A DNA stretch of 64,000 nucleotides from the human T2T-CHM13v2.0 reference genome, Homo sapiens, in assembly GCF_009914755.1 (NCBI RefSeq), contig NC_060925.1. One strand, 5' to 3'. A program made the position numbers and the translations under genes. Below are positions 38,479 to 53,647 of the stretch, in pieces (positions within the stretch are counted from its first letter, which is position 1; the number at the start of each line of letters is the position of its first letter). The notes under the pieces were generated by a model. That model searched no databases. It was not told where the DNA came from and saw only the letters and a list, made by a program, of their open reading frames with translations.

Positions 38479-39444
38479 TGTGGGCGAAGGATTACCCAGG
38501 TGCCGAGGCAAGAGACTGAAGGCACAAACTGTTTCAGTATAATAAAGAAAATAGTTAGAATAAGAATAGTTAAAATACAAAGTAGATATAGAGATGATCA
38601 TGGACATTATCAATCATTAGTATAAACATTATTAATCATCAACTTTTAATATTACTCTTTGTTGTATTACTAATATAACCAAGGAATAACCGGCAGGTAT
38701 AGGATGAGGTGCTGAAGGGACATTGTGAGAAGTGACCTAGAAGGCAAGAGGTGAGCCCTCTGTCACGCCCGCATAAGGGCCACTTGAGGGCTCCTTGGCA
38801 AGCGGTAACACCATTGCCTGGGAAGGTACCCATTACTTAGCAGACTGTGAAAGGGAGCCTCCCTTCCCTTGGAGTCAGGGAACACTCTGCTCCACCAACC
38901 AGCTTCTTGTGGGAGATTGGATATTATCCAGGCCTGCCCACAGTCATCCGGAGGCCTAAACCCCTCCTTGTGGTGCTGTGCTTCAGTGGTCATGCTCCTT
39001 GTCCACTTTCATGTTCCTCCCGTACTCCTGATTCCTCTTTGAAGTTCCTAGAGGATAGCAGTAGAAAAAATAGTGAAAGTCTTAAAGTCTTTGATCCTTC
39101 TGATAAGTGCATAGAAGAAAACGCTGACGTATGCTGCCTTACCTCTCTGCTTCAGCTGCCTGAAAGGGAAGGGCCCCTGTCCCATGATCATGTGACTTGC
39201 TTGACCTTATCAATCACTTGGACGACTCATCCTCCTTACCTCGCCCCCTTGTCTTGTATGCAATAAATATCAGCGCACCCAGCCATTTGGGGCCACTGCC
39301 GGTCTCTGCGTCTTGGTGGTAGTGGTCCCCCAGGCTCAGGTGTTTTCTCTTTATCTCTTTTGTCTTGTGTCTTTATTTCTTATGATCTCTCATCTCCGCA
39401 CACGGGGAGAACACCCGCTAAGCCCCGTAGGGCTGGACCCTACA
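38479..39444 (+). mobile_element. Full-length solo LTR13A (ERVK, HML-4 group)
   Basis: TGTGGGCGAAGGATTACCCAGGTGCCGAGGCAAGAGAC...GGGCTGGACCCTACA, 966 bp; partial TSD gaagta/tcagta. Confidence 0.88.
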
Positions 39445-39489
39445 TCAGTAGAATTCTAGTTTTCCTTAATTTCAGATAGTAATATAATA

Positions 39490-39816
39490 CAGCCATCCCT
39501 CAGAATCCGTGGGGAATTGTTTCCAAGACCTCCTTTGGATACCAAAATTCACAGATGCTGAAGTCTCTGATACAGCATGGCATAATGTTTACACATAACC
39601 TATGCAGATCTTCTCATATACTTTAAAATGTCTCTAGATTACCTATAATACCTAATATAATGTAAATGTTATATAAATAGACTATATTGTTCGGGGATAA
39701 TGATGAGGGGGAAATCTGTACATGTTCAATACATATGCAATGTTTTTCTGAATATTTTCAATTAATGGCTAGTTGAATTCATGGATAAAGAACCCACTGA
39801 TATGGAGAGCTGACTG
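39490..39816. mobile_element. MER2 (TcMar-Tigger)
   Basis: TA|CAGCCATCCCTCAG...GGAGAGCTGACTG|TA. Confidence 0.85.
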
Positions 39817-39924
39817 TATTTCTTATTAGTTATTTAACTACCTGGAGTCACGGGGGTAGGAAAGCACTTTATAGTGCTAGCAAATGTATAGATTACATCT
39901 AGTATTATGCCAGTTTGTTGCTAA

Positions 39925-40218
<294 letters not shown>

Positions 40219-40510
40219 TGAGTCACTATAGAAATACATGGTTCCACTCACTGTGAGTTTAATTGCATGTTACTCTGTGTAATTTAACATCTTGTGATTT
40301 GTATTGATATGTGTATATTTTTCTTCATTTTGCCTCCATGAAAAAATAATGCTTTTTTACATAGAACAAAATACTGGTGCTGTTTAAGCATTATCTATTT
40401 GATCATAACGGTTCCTATATCATTTATAAATGTTAAGAGCTTTAGACATCTTGACCAAAATTCCATTATGCTCAGTAGGCCCAGAGAGCCAGTGGACTGG
40501 GTAGTCTTGA

Positions 40511-40720
<210 letters not shown>

Positions 40721-40723
40721 TGA

Positions 40724-40924
<201 letters not shown>

Positions 40925-41019
40925 TGAGTAGAATCCATTCAGAGTTTCTAAATATCTTGTCTACGTTTTATGTTTAGTCACCATTTCAAGGTTTTTTTCC
41001 TTTGTTTTTTTTTCACTGA

Positions 41020-41196
<177 letters not shown>

Positions 41197-41276
41197 TGAA
41201 TTGCAGAGATATTTTACTTACAGTATTTTTTTTTTCTTAAAAAATTGATTACTCTTGCTTTTCTTTTTGTACATAG

Positions 41277-41516
<240 letters not shown>

Positions 41517-42159
41517 TAAAAATATAAAAAATTAGCCGGGCATGGTGGCGGATGCCCGTAGTCCCAGCTACTCGGGAGGCTGAGGCAGGAGAATGGCATG
41601 AAACCCGGGAGGCAGAGGTTGCAGTGAGCCGAGATTGTGCCACTGCACTCTAGCCTGGGCGACAGAACGAGAGTCCGTCTCAAAAAAAAGAAAAAAGAAA
41701 AACCTGGATGTGTGAGTGGGCACACATGTGCTTTATGCCGTTGCTAAAAATAGAAATCTATATGCCTATGCTACTTTCTGTGGGAATTGTTTTTTCTTTG
41801 TTATTTCTATACTTTCTCAAACTGGTTATTGACCACTTACATTCTTCAGATATTAAGAAAACTAGGCCAGGTATGGTAGCTTATGCCTGTAATCCCAGCA
41901 CTTTAGGAGGCTGAGATGGGTGGATTGCTTGAGGCCAGGAGTTTGAGACCAGCCTGGCCAACCCTGTCTATTTTTTAATAAAAATTTACAAAGAAAGGAA
42001 AACTAGTGCCTGATTATTTTTTCAGCCTTGTTTCTGACACTTAGTGATCTCTTCCCTTCTTCCAATATATTCTTCATCCTTCATTACTTGCCACATGTGT
42101 TGATTTCTCAACCCAAGCCTCAACCTCTGGCTCCATATTTTCTACCTCATCAGTTTAAA

Positions 42160-42260
42160 CCCATTTATGCCTAGTGTTCCATTATTGGAACGCTAAGCAT
42201 GTGGGAGTTTATATCCTGCTCAAGGTTATCGCCCAGGTCTGATTGCAAAAATTAAAAAAA
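42160..42260 (+). mobile_element. MER85 piggyBac-family MITE, 3' TIR missing
   Basis: CCCATTTATGCCT TIR followed by the GTTCCATTATTGGAAC palindrome and gtctgattgcaaaaatt. Confidence 0.88.
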
Positions 42261-43459
42261 GAAATAATCACTGCACTATGTTCAAAGCTTGTTGCTACGG
42301 CACTATGAGAGATTACGTTATGTAGCCTTTGCTATCAAGGAGCCCCCAATTTTTTTATTTTTTTTTTAATTAATTTTTTTGAGACGGCATTTTGCTCTTG
42401 TTGGCCAGGCTGGAGTGCAATGGTGCAATCTCGGCTCACTGCAACCTCCACTTCCCAGGCTAAAGGGATTCTCCTGCCTCAGCCCCCCAAAGTGCTGGGA
42501 TTACAGGCGTAAGCCACCACGCCCAGCCGAGCCCAAAATTTTATAGTGAGGGAGGGCTTGTTTAGAAATTACTATAATAAAAGATTTTGTCAAGTGTTAT
42601 GAACCTGAGGGTGGTAAAGATTAATTCTGGTGTGTGAAGGTGGCGTCTGAACTGGGCTTTAGGTGAGCCATACTCCTACATACTTAGTCTCTTATTTTCT
42701 ACTTTTCAGCCCACCTTGGTGAACATTTTATCCTTACCCTATCTCTTTGCTTTGCTTGTGACGGTATTCTTGCCTGGACAGAATCCAAATTCTTCCTTAA
42801 TTGCTGGTCACTAATGCCCTCTTTTTCTGTACCTTAAGGCTAGGTAGCACTTTTACCATATTTGGTAACAAACTCTGATTGTTGGATATATAGTAGTAAA
42901 TTTTTTGTCTGACTCTTTAATAAAATTATTGCATGGAGTCATTTTTAATCAGACTTATATGTAATACAGAACTCATAGTAAATACTTGGGGACATAGTTA
43001 TTGTATATGTCATCTGTACTTTAGTTCTTAGGTCAGAATTGGATTGCATTTGGGTAGAGGCCAGAATTAGCAAATAAGAATAGACAAGATGTAGGCCGGG
43101 CACGATGGCCCATGCCTGTAATCTCAGCGCTTTGGGAGGCCGAGGCGGGTGGATCATGAGGTCAGGAGTTTGAGACCACCCTGACCAACATGGTGAAACC
43201 TCGTCTCTAATAAAAATACAAAAATTAGCCAGGCATGGTGGTGCACGCCTGTAATCCCAGCTACTTAAGAGGCTGAGGCAGGAGAATCGCTTGAACATGG
43301 GAGGAGGAGATTGCAGTGAACTGAGATCACCCCACAAGAACAGACAAGATGTGATGTTTCCAAAGATAAAATGATGCTGGGCACATGGTACACACCTCCA
43401 GCTACGCAGGAGGTTGAGGCAGCGAGATCCCTTGAGCCCAAGAGTTCAAGTCCAGCCTA

Positions 43460-43753
<294 letters not shown>

Positions 43754-44241
43754 CTAGTAATGGGTTGTTTTTGTAAACATTTTTTTTTTGTTTTTCTTTT
43801 TGTTTGTTTTTGAGAGAGTCTGTCACCCAGGCTGGAGTGCAGTGGCACGATCTCAGCTCCAACCTCTGCTTCCTGGGTTCAAGCAATCCTCCTGCCTCAG
43901 CCTCCCGAGTAGCTGGGATTACAGGCGCCTGCCACCACACCCAGCTAATTTTTGTATTTTTAGTAGAGACAGTGTTTCACCATGTTGGTTAGGCTGATCT
44001 TGAACTCCTGACCTCATGTGATCCACCCGCCTCCCAAAGTGCTGGGATTACAGGTGTGAGCCAACCGCGCCTGCCCATAAAATAAATTCTTTAGCTCTTA
44101 ATTTTAACTGTAACGTGTGTAATACCTTGACTTCCTCTTCCCTTTTATTTACAAAATTTTTAAATTGTTAAATATTTTGTGAATTTTTTCCCTTTATTTT
44201 CTAATTCATGGCTTTGCTCTTTTCTTCATTCCTATGTGTAG

Positions 44242-44318
44242 GTTCAGTGGTCACCTCACAATGAGACTATTTTAGCTTCCAGTGGTACTGATCGCAGACT
44301 GAATGTCTGGGATTTAAG
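44242..44318 (+). CDS. RBBP4: RBBP4 exon 9 (VQWSPHNETILASSGTDRRLNVWDL)
   Basis: gtgtag|GTT...AG|gtaatt. Confidence 0.97.
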
Positions 44319-44433
44319 GTAATTCTTGTATTCATTCCTCTCTCTACATAATTATTTCCTTTATTTACACTTTGCAAAGGTAGTTACTAAGGGTAAATCT
44401 GTTTTAACTTTTAAAATTATGCTTTTGTACTAG

Positions 44434-44491
44434 TAAAATTGGAGAGGAACAATCCCCAGAAGATGCAGAAGACGGGCCACCAGAGTTGTTG
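44434..44491 (+). CDS. RBBP4: RBBP4 exon 10 (SKIGEEQSPEDAEDGPPELL)
   Basis: tactag|T...TTG|gtatgt; acidic PP loop. Confidence 0.96.
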
Positions 44492-44531
44492 GTATGTTAA
44501 AAGCATTGGACAGTACTGAAATAGTCTGTAA

Positions 44532-44702
<171 letters not shown>

Positions 44703-45213
44703 TAGTCATTTATTTTGGGGAGGTGAAATAAGTGAGACATAGAATCAATTTACATTTGTATATTTTATGATTACAGCTACCATCTCTGTTCATTTCACTC
44801 CCAGGTGTGATTTTAAGACTTGTCTATACATTATCATTTTCAGCTGCCTGCTCTTGACTGTATTTGGTCATACCACTGGTATTTTAAACTCTGCTAAACA
44901 AAACTGACCCTCTCTCCCACTTCTCCTTTTCCCTCTCCTCCTTCTTTCTTTCTTTTTGTATGACTCCAACATTTTCCTAGCTAACCAGACTTGAAAACTC
45001 AAGAATTTTCCATGTCTGTTTACCTCTAGTTCTAGTTCACTTCCAGATTTCATACCATCTATCTGCGGTGTTTCTCCCATCTTATCATCTTACAAGTACA
45101 AATTTACATACCCAAAGGAGGTATATCATATCACAGCATCAAATACTACTATTTCTCCATGAAAGCTGTCTAGATTTCAAAAATGTTCCCTATCTCTATC
45201 TCAAAGAATGTGA

Positions 45214-45354
<141 letters not shown>

Positions 45355-46841
45355 TGAGTAGCTGGGACTATAGGTGCGTACCACCATGCCTGGCTAATTT
45401 TTTTGTATTTTCAGTAGAGACGGTTTCACTATGTTGGCCAGGCTGGTCTCAAACTCCTGACCTTGTGATCCGCCCACCTGGACCTCCCGGAGTGCTGGGA
45501 TTGCAGGCATGAGCCACCGCGCCTGGCCTCTTAAATTTTCAAAGCACTTCAATTTAATAAAAATAACTGTGGTGTCTCATACATTAATATTTTTAAAATA
45601 GTTATATTCGGCCGAGCACGTTGGCTCACGCCTGTAATCCCAGTACTCTGGGAGGCCGAGGCGGGTGGATCACGAGGTCAGGAGATCGAGACCATCCTGG
45701 CTAACACAGTGAAACCCCATCTGTACTAAAAATACAAAAAAAAATTAGCCGGGCGTGGTGGCGGGCGCCTGTAGTCCCAGCTCCTCAGGAGGCTGAGGCA
45801 GGAAAATGGCGTGAACACGGGAGGCGGAGCTTGCATTGAGCCAAGATTGCGTCACTGCACTCTGGCCTGGGCGACAGAGCGAGACTCCGTCTCAATTAAA
45901 ATATATATATGTATATATTCCGGAGATAGGTGGTGGTTATGGTTAATGCAGTGTGAGTGTACTTAATGCCACTGAACTGTACACTTAAAATGGCTAAGCT
46001 GATAAATTTTATGTTGTATGGAGTTTGCGACAATTTGGAGGTGGAAGACAGTTTCTTGCTCTGTTGTTCAGGCTACAGTGCAGTGGTGCGATTACAGCTC
46101 ACTGCACCTCCAATTCCCGGGCTCAAGACATCCTCCTACCTCAGCCTCCCTAGTAACTGGGACCACAGGTGTGCATCACCAGCCCTGGTTAATTTTTAAA
46201 ATTTTTTGTAGAGATGGGGTTTGCCATGTTGGCCAGTCTGGTCTTGAACTTGTGAGCTCAAGCGATTTGCCCACCTCCCAGAGTGCTGGGAGTACATGTG
46301 TGAGGCTGCCCACCCGCCCCCCGCTTTTTTTTGTTTTTAAAGAAGTGCGTAACTTGGTGGTTGTCTGGTAAAGGAAAAGAATTCAGAAGAAACTTGGTGT
46401 CTCTCAGAGTAGATCTAGTACCAGGAATTAAGTTCCAGGGAATAGTTTTTGACTCATCATGAGGAGAGGGAGGATGTTTTCATCAGTACTTTCTTATTTT
46501 TTATTTCTTTATTTTTTTTTTAATTTTTTTTTTTTCTGAGACAGAGTCTCACTGCCTCACCCAGGCTGGAGTTCAGTAGAGCAATCTCAGCTCACTGCAA
46601 CCTCTGCCTCCCAGGTTCAAGCAATTCTCCTGCCTCAGCCTGCTGATTAGCTAGGATTACAGGCATGCACCACCATGCCCGGCTAGTTTTTTTGTTGTTG
46701 TTTTTTATTTAGTAGAGACGGGGTTTCACCATGTTGGTCAGGGTGGTCTCGATCTCCTGACCTCATGATCCGCCCTCTTTGGCCTCCCAAAGTACTGGAA
46801 TTACAGACGTGAGCCACCGTGCCCGGCATTTTTATTTTTGA

Positions 46842-47006
<165 letters not shown>

Positions 47007-47373
47007 TAGTAGAGACTGGGTTTCTCCATGTTGGTCAGGCTGGCCTCGAACTCCTGACCTCAGGTGATCTGCCTGCCTCGGCCTCCCAAAGTGCTGGAAT
47101 TACAGGCGTGAGCCACCGCGCCTGGCGTAATAGCACTATTAATTGAAGACAGAAATAAAATAAGTTTGTGACCTGCCAGACTAACAGATTGTACTACATC
47201 CATACTTTTTTTTTCTTTTACCTCCAAATACCATCACAACATTCATACTTTGTAATATTACTTATCAAAAAGAAGGATGGGCCAGGTGCGGTGGCTCACG
47301 CCTGTACTCCCAGCACTTTGGGAGGCCGAGGCGGGTGGATCACAAGATCAGGAGATTGAGACCATCCTGGCTA

Positions 47374-47608
<235 letters not shown>

Positions 47609-48825
47609 TCAGTGGCTCACACCTGTAATCCAAATACTTTGGGAGGCCAAAGCCGGAGGATCACTTGAGCCCAGAAGTTCTAGACTAGCCTGGGCAATAA
47701 AGTGAGACCGTGTCTCTACCAAAAAAAAATTAGCCAGGCTTGGTGGTACGTGCCTGTGATCCCAGCTACTTGGGAGGCCGAGGCAGGAGGATACCTTGAA
47801 TCCAGCGGGTAGAGGCTGCTGTGAGACATGGTGGCATGTGCCTTTAGTCCCTGCTCTTTGGGAGGCCGTGACAGAAGGATCCCTTGAGGCCAGGAGTTTG
47901 AGGCTACAGTGGGCTGTGATCACACCACTGCACTCCAGCCTAGATGACATAGCGAGACCCTGTCTCTAAAGGAAGAAAAGAAAGAAGTACGGTTAGGGTT
48001 ATAAGATATTCATGACATGCTGTTAAAGGGGAAGCGCAGACTGAAGAATAGCATAATGGTATTCCTCATATTAAAATTTTGTGTATCTAGTCTATATTTA
48101 GAAAGCTGATTACTGGCCAGGTGTGGTGGCTCACGCCTGTAATTCCAACACTTTGGGAGGCCGAGGTGGGCAGATCACCTGAGGTCAGTAGTTTGAGACC
48201 AGCCTGGTCAACATAGTGAAACCCCATCTCTACTAAAAAATAAATACAAAAATTAGCCAGGCATGGTGACGGGCGCCTGTAATCCCAGCTACTTGGGAGG
48301 CTGAGGCAGGAGACTTGTTTGAACCCAGGAGGCGGAGGAGTTGCGGTGAGCCAAGATCGCACCATTGCACTCGAACATGGGCAACAAGAGCAAAACTCCA
48401 TCTCAAAAAAAAAAAAAAAAGAAAAAAGCTGTTTGCTAAAATGTGCTTGGTACCTAGTTCTTGGTTTCTTTAGACCTTTCTGTATTATAATTTTTTTACA
48501 AAAAAGATGTGTAACTTGAAAACAGAAAATTCACCTCACTCTCTTTGTAATAAATCCCTTCAATATTAATACAGAAACTTAATAGCTGGGCGTGATGGCA
48601 CGTACCTGTAGTCCCAGTTCCTTGGGAGGCTGAAGTGGGAGGCTAGCGTGATCCCAGGAGGCAGAGGTTGCAGTGAGCTAAGATGGCGCCACTGCACTCC
48701 AGCCTGGGTGACAGAGCGAGACCCTGTCTCAAAAAAAAAATACTGAAGAATTCAAGGTTAAACTAGATCCCTGCAAGGCCATCACCTCCATTCCAAGTTG
48801 TTACTTTATTTGGTGTTTTTAGCAT

Positions 48826-49578
48826 TGTAATAGAGTAAGTAAATATTTGGTCTTTGTCCCAGTTCTTGGCACAGAGCTCTCCAAAAACACTCGGAGTTTG
48901 CAGAGTGCTAGGAGTGTCTTTGTCGTTCCTAGTGATCCACTTTGGACCACACCTGAGTTTGTTCTACTGTGAGGTGATTTTGGTGGGGCCCCTAGATAGC
49001 CTCATAGTTGGTTTAGTCAGAAAGGCCAATCACTTGATTTGAGGGTTAAAACTTGTCAGCCCACTTGCCAACCTTGGGGTTGCAGGGCCAGAGATTGAAC
49101 TCTATAAAAACTCCTAATTTGATGTGCTTCTGGATTGGTGAACAACTCGACATACTGGGTGGGTAGCATGCCCAGAGACTTGATGGAAACTCTGCAGCCC
49201 CTCCCCACCTTGCCGTATGCATCTCTTCCATGTGGTTCCTCAGTTGTATCCTTTATTTAAAAAAAAAAAAAACAAAACAAAAAACAAACAAAAAACAGTA
49301 ATAGTAAAAAGCTTTCTTGGGTTCTGTGAGTCATTCCATCAAATTATCAGACCTGAGGAGGCAGTAGTGGGAACCCTGAAATTTGTAGTCAAGTGGGATA
49401 GAAGTGTGCAGGTAGCCTGGGACCAGGGAATTGCAACTGGCTTCTGAAGTAAGGACAGTCTTCTCCAAAGCTAACTTCAGATAGTGTCAGAATAGGATTG
49501 AGTTGTTGTACACCCAGTTGGTGTCCTAAGAAAGGGTACCCCACATTTGGTGTTAGAAGTAACGTCAGAAAGCATCAC
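48826..49578. mobile_element. MER21-like LTR
   Basis: TG...CA bounded, about 750 bp; tttggtctttgtccc..ttc.tggcacagagctc motif. Confidence 0.65.
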
Positions 49579-49789
49579 ACAATTGTATGTATTCTTTTCT
49601 CTGGGGTCAGATCACAAGCTCTTTGAAGGTAAGACTATCCTGTCCTCTGCAGTACCTATCATAGTGATATGTGCATGGTAGGTGCTAAGAGCAGTAAATT
49701 TTGCTCCTGTGAAAGTGGTTCCTGTATTTTAAGATTATGCCGTTGGATACAGGTATTCTGTCAAGCAGTAGAAGTAGAGTTTATTCTAT

Positions 49790-51133
<1,344 letters not shown>

Positions 51134-51426
51134 CTATCAAGACAAATAGTATCCACACTGCAGTTTTGTGGGAATGTCCTAATCAGGCGTCTGGGGATCA
51201 GCTGCTTATTTTTATTGGAACATGATCATGCTAATTAATATTTCATTACCCATTATAGGTTGTCTCCGGATACTTTCATCCAAGAGTTGAATAGTTGTAA
51301 CACAGATTGTGTGGCCCAAAAGCTATAAAGTATTTACTCTCTGGCTTCCTGGCCTAATCTGTTGTTGAAACCTTGAGTTTTAGAAGAAGTCTTCATGTTT
51401 AAATTCTTTTTCTTGTTTTTGGGCAG

Positions 51427-51492
51427 GCAGAGAACATTTATAATGATGAAGACCCTGAAGGAAGCGTGGATCCAGAAGGACAAGGGTCCTAG
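51427..51492 (+). CDS. RBBP4: RBBP4 exon 12 coding part (AENIYNDEDPEGSVDPEGQGS*)
   Basis: gggcag|GCA...TCC TAG; completes 425 codons plus stop. Confidence 0.97.
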   Translation, partial: AENIYNDEDPEGSVDPEGQGS

Positions 51493-52312
51493 ATATGTCT
51501 TTACTTGTTGTGATTTTAGACTCCCCTTTTTTCTTCTCAACCCTGAGAGTGATTTAACACTGGTTTTGAGACAGACTTTATTCAGCTATCCCTCTATATA
51601 ATAGGTACCACCGATAATGCTATTAGCCCAAACCGTGGGTGTTTTCTAAATATTAATAGGGGGGCTTGATTCAACAAAGCCACAGACTTAACGTTGAAAT
51701 TTTCTTCAGGAATTTTCTAGTAACCCAGGTCTAAAGTAGCTACAGAAAGGGGAATATTATGTGTGATTATTTTTCTTCTTATGCTATATCCCCAAGTTTT
51801 TCAGACTCATTTAAGTAAAGGCTAGAGTGAGTAAGGAATAGAGCCAAATGAGGTAGGTGTCTGAGCCATGAAGTATAAATACTGAAAGATGTCACTTTTA
51901 TTCAGGAAATAGGGGGAGATTCAAGTCGTATAGATTCCTACTCGAAAATCTTGACACCTGACTTTCCAGGATGCACATTTTCATACGTAGACCAGTTTCC
52001 TCTTGGTTTCTTCAGTTAAGTCAAAACAACACGTTCCTCTTTCCCCATATATTCATATATTTTTGCTCGTTAGTGTATTTCTTGAGCTGTTTTCATGTTG
52101 TTTATTTCCTGTCTGTGAAATGGTGTTTTTTTTTTTGTTGTTGGTTTTTTTTTTTTTTTTTTTAACTTGGGACCACCAAGTTGTAAAGATGTATGTTTTT
52201 ACCTGACAGTTATACCACAGGTAGACTGTCAAGTTGAGAAGAGTGAATCAATAACTTGTATTTGTTTTAAAAATTAAATTAATCCTTGATAAGAGTTGCT
52301 TTTTTTTTTTAG

Positions 52313-52333
52313 GAGTTAGTCCTTGACCACTAG
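52313..52333 (+). CDS. RBBP4: RBBP4 alternative terminal coding segment (ELVLDH*) via a distal acceptor in the 3'UTR
   Basis: Poly-T tract + ag|GAG TTA GTC CTT GAC CAC TAG; phase 0 matches the exon 11 donor; I recall such an RBBP4 isoform. Confidence 0.7.
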   Translation, partial: ELVLDH

Positions 52334-52418
52334 TTTGATGCCATCTCCATTTTGGGTGACCTGTTTCACCAGCAGGCCTGTTACTCTCCATGACTAACTG
52401 TGTAAGTGCTTAAAATGG

Positions 52419-52424
52419 AATAAA
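52419..52424 (+). terminator. RBBP4 proximal polyadenylation signal AATAAA
   Basis: AATAAA about 930 nt after the stop, with U/GU-rich sequence (gggttttatttagt) about 30 nt downstream. Confidence 0.7.
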
Positions 52425-52456
52425 TTGCTTTTCTACATAACCCCATGCTGATGGGT

Positions 52457-52462
52457 TTTATT
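52457..52462 (-). terminator. Candidate SYNC polyadenylation signal (AATAAA on minus strand); others at 51897-51902 and 51577-51582
   Basis: TTTATT on the plus strand, downstream (minus sense) of the SYNC stop. Confidence 0.45.
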
Positions 52463-53574
52463 TAGTATAAAACATCCATCAAACACCAGTCTCTGGCTTC
52501 TAGAAGAGTCCTTCAGATGACAGTTGTTGTCCATGGTCTTTGACTATCAAGAGCAGAATTAAATGTAATAGTCCCAGAGCTGTAGAAAAGAACTTTACTC
52601 CTTCCCAGGGAAAGTGAAAGACATAAAACACTGAATCAGAGGTGGCACAGATTAGTCTTTGATAAGGTAACGTTTCTTTGAAGTCTGTCTGTAGAGAACT
52701 ACATGGACTTCCAAGAGTGTCAAAGGCAGTGTGGTAGAGAGAATTTAAGGCAAGATTTAAATTTGGAAAAGGTGCTTGAACCTTTTCTCAGAGGTTTTAT
52801 TTCCCCAGTATGTTTTTCACTGGGGCCTTTACTTAGGTTAGAAATAATAGGCTTTGAAGGCCTCTATCACCAGATGCAATAACCAGATAAAATTCCTGTT
52901 TTTTCCCAATCGCTTAGTTTTTTGTTGTTGTTGTTTTTTAACTGAGTAGATCATTCTGACCCAGAACTACTTTCATGAGGTAAGATCTTTGGGAAAATCT
53001 GAATAGCGTTAACCATTAGATTCAAATCTCAAATGGTTTCTTTTCAAGTCTAGTTGTTTTAGAGTATAGTGAGAAATACCTTGACACAATTTTAAGAGTA
53101 AACTATATGGGTCAGCATATCCTTGAACAAAAAGTAGACTTTGTAAAAGTATTCATTTAAATTCTAACACTCGTGGCACAAAAGAATGGAAATTGTAAAC
53201 CCATGTAATGGAAATTGGCTATCTTTTTGACCCCACATGTGCCCCTCAAAAATGTTTTTGGTTTGGGTCAACACAAGGCAAGATACATTCTTTAAAATAC
53301 TCCCAGATGTGTCCATACATTCATCCTTTACTCAGTGCATATGTGAGGGTTGTTGCTGGAAGACAGGAGGCTCATCTTTCCTTTCCTTGGTGCATTGAGA
53401 TCAGTATCAACAGCAGATGAAATAGAATCCAGCAAAGAGTTGACATGTTCTGCCTCCGGCCAACTCTAGAATCTTTTTAAGCAGGTCAGCCAGTATTTGC
53501 AACTTCCACAGGATGAATTGCTTGCCAAGTTTCTGGCACTCTTGTCTGGTTGGAAGAGTACATCCAAAGGGTAC

Positions 53575-53647
53575 TTAGTGATCCTTTGCTAAGAAGTTTT
53601 TTGCTGTTTCCGGGTTACAGATTTGGCCATATATTTCTAAACAGCCC
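53575..53647 (-). CDS. SYNC: Syncoilin last exon: GAV* (53637-53647) with the cassette exon, or GCLEIYGQICNPETAKNFLAKDH* (53575-53647) when it is skipped
   Basis: ctttttctttcaactttacag|GGGCTGTTTAG; I translated both frames by hand. Confidence 0.88.

Noticed and set aside
38847-39266. 139-aa ORF
   Set aside because: Lies wholly within the LTR13A solo LTR, starts at GTG, and has no recognisable domain.
51427-51430. Second AG 4 nt into RBBP4 exon 12 (CAGGCAG), whose frame is ORF 51395-51601
   Set aside because: It would give a frameshifted tail; the proximal AG normally dominates and I have no evidence of use.
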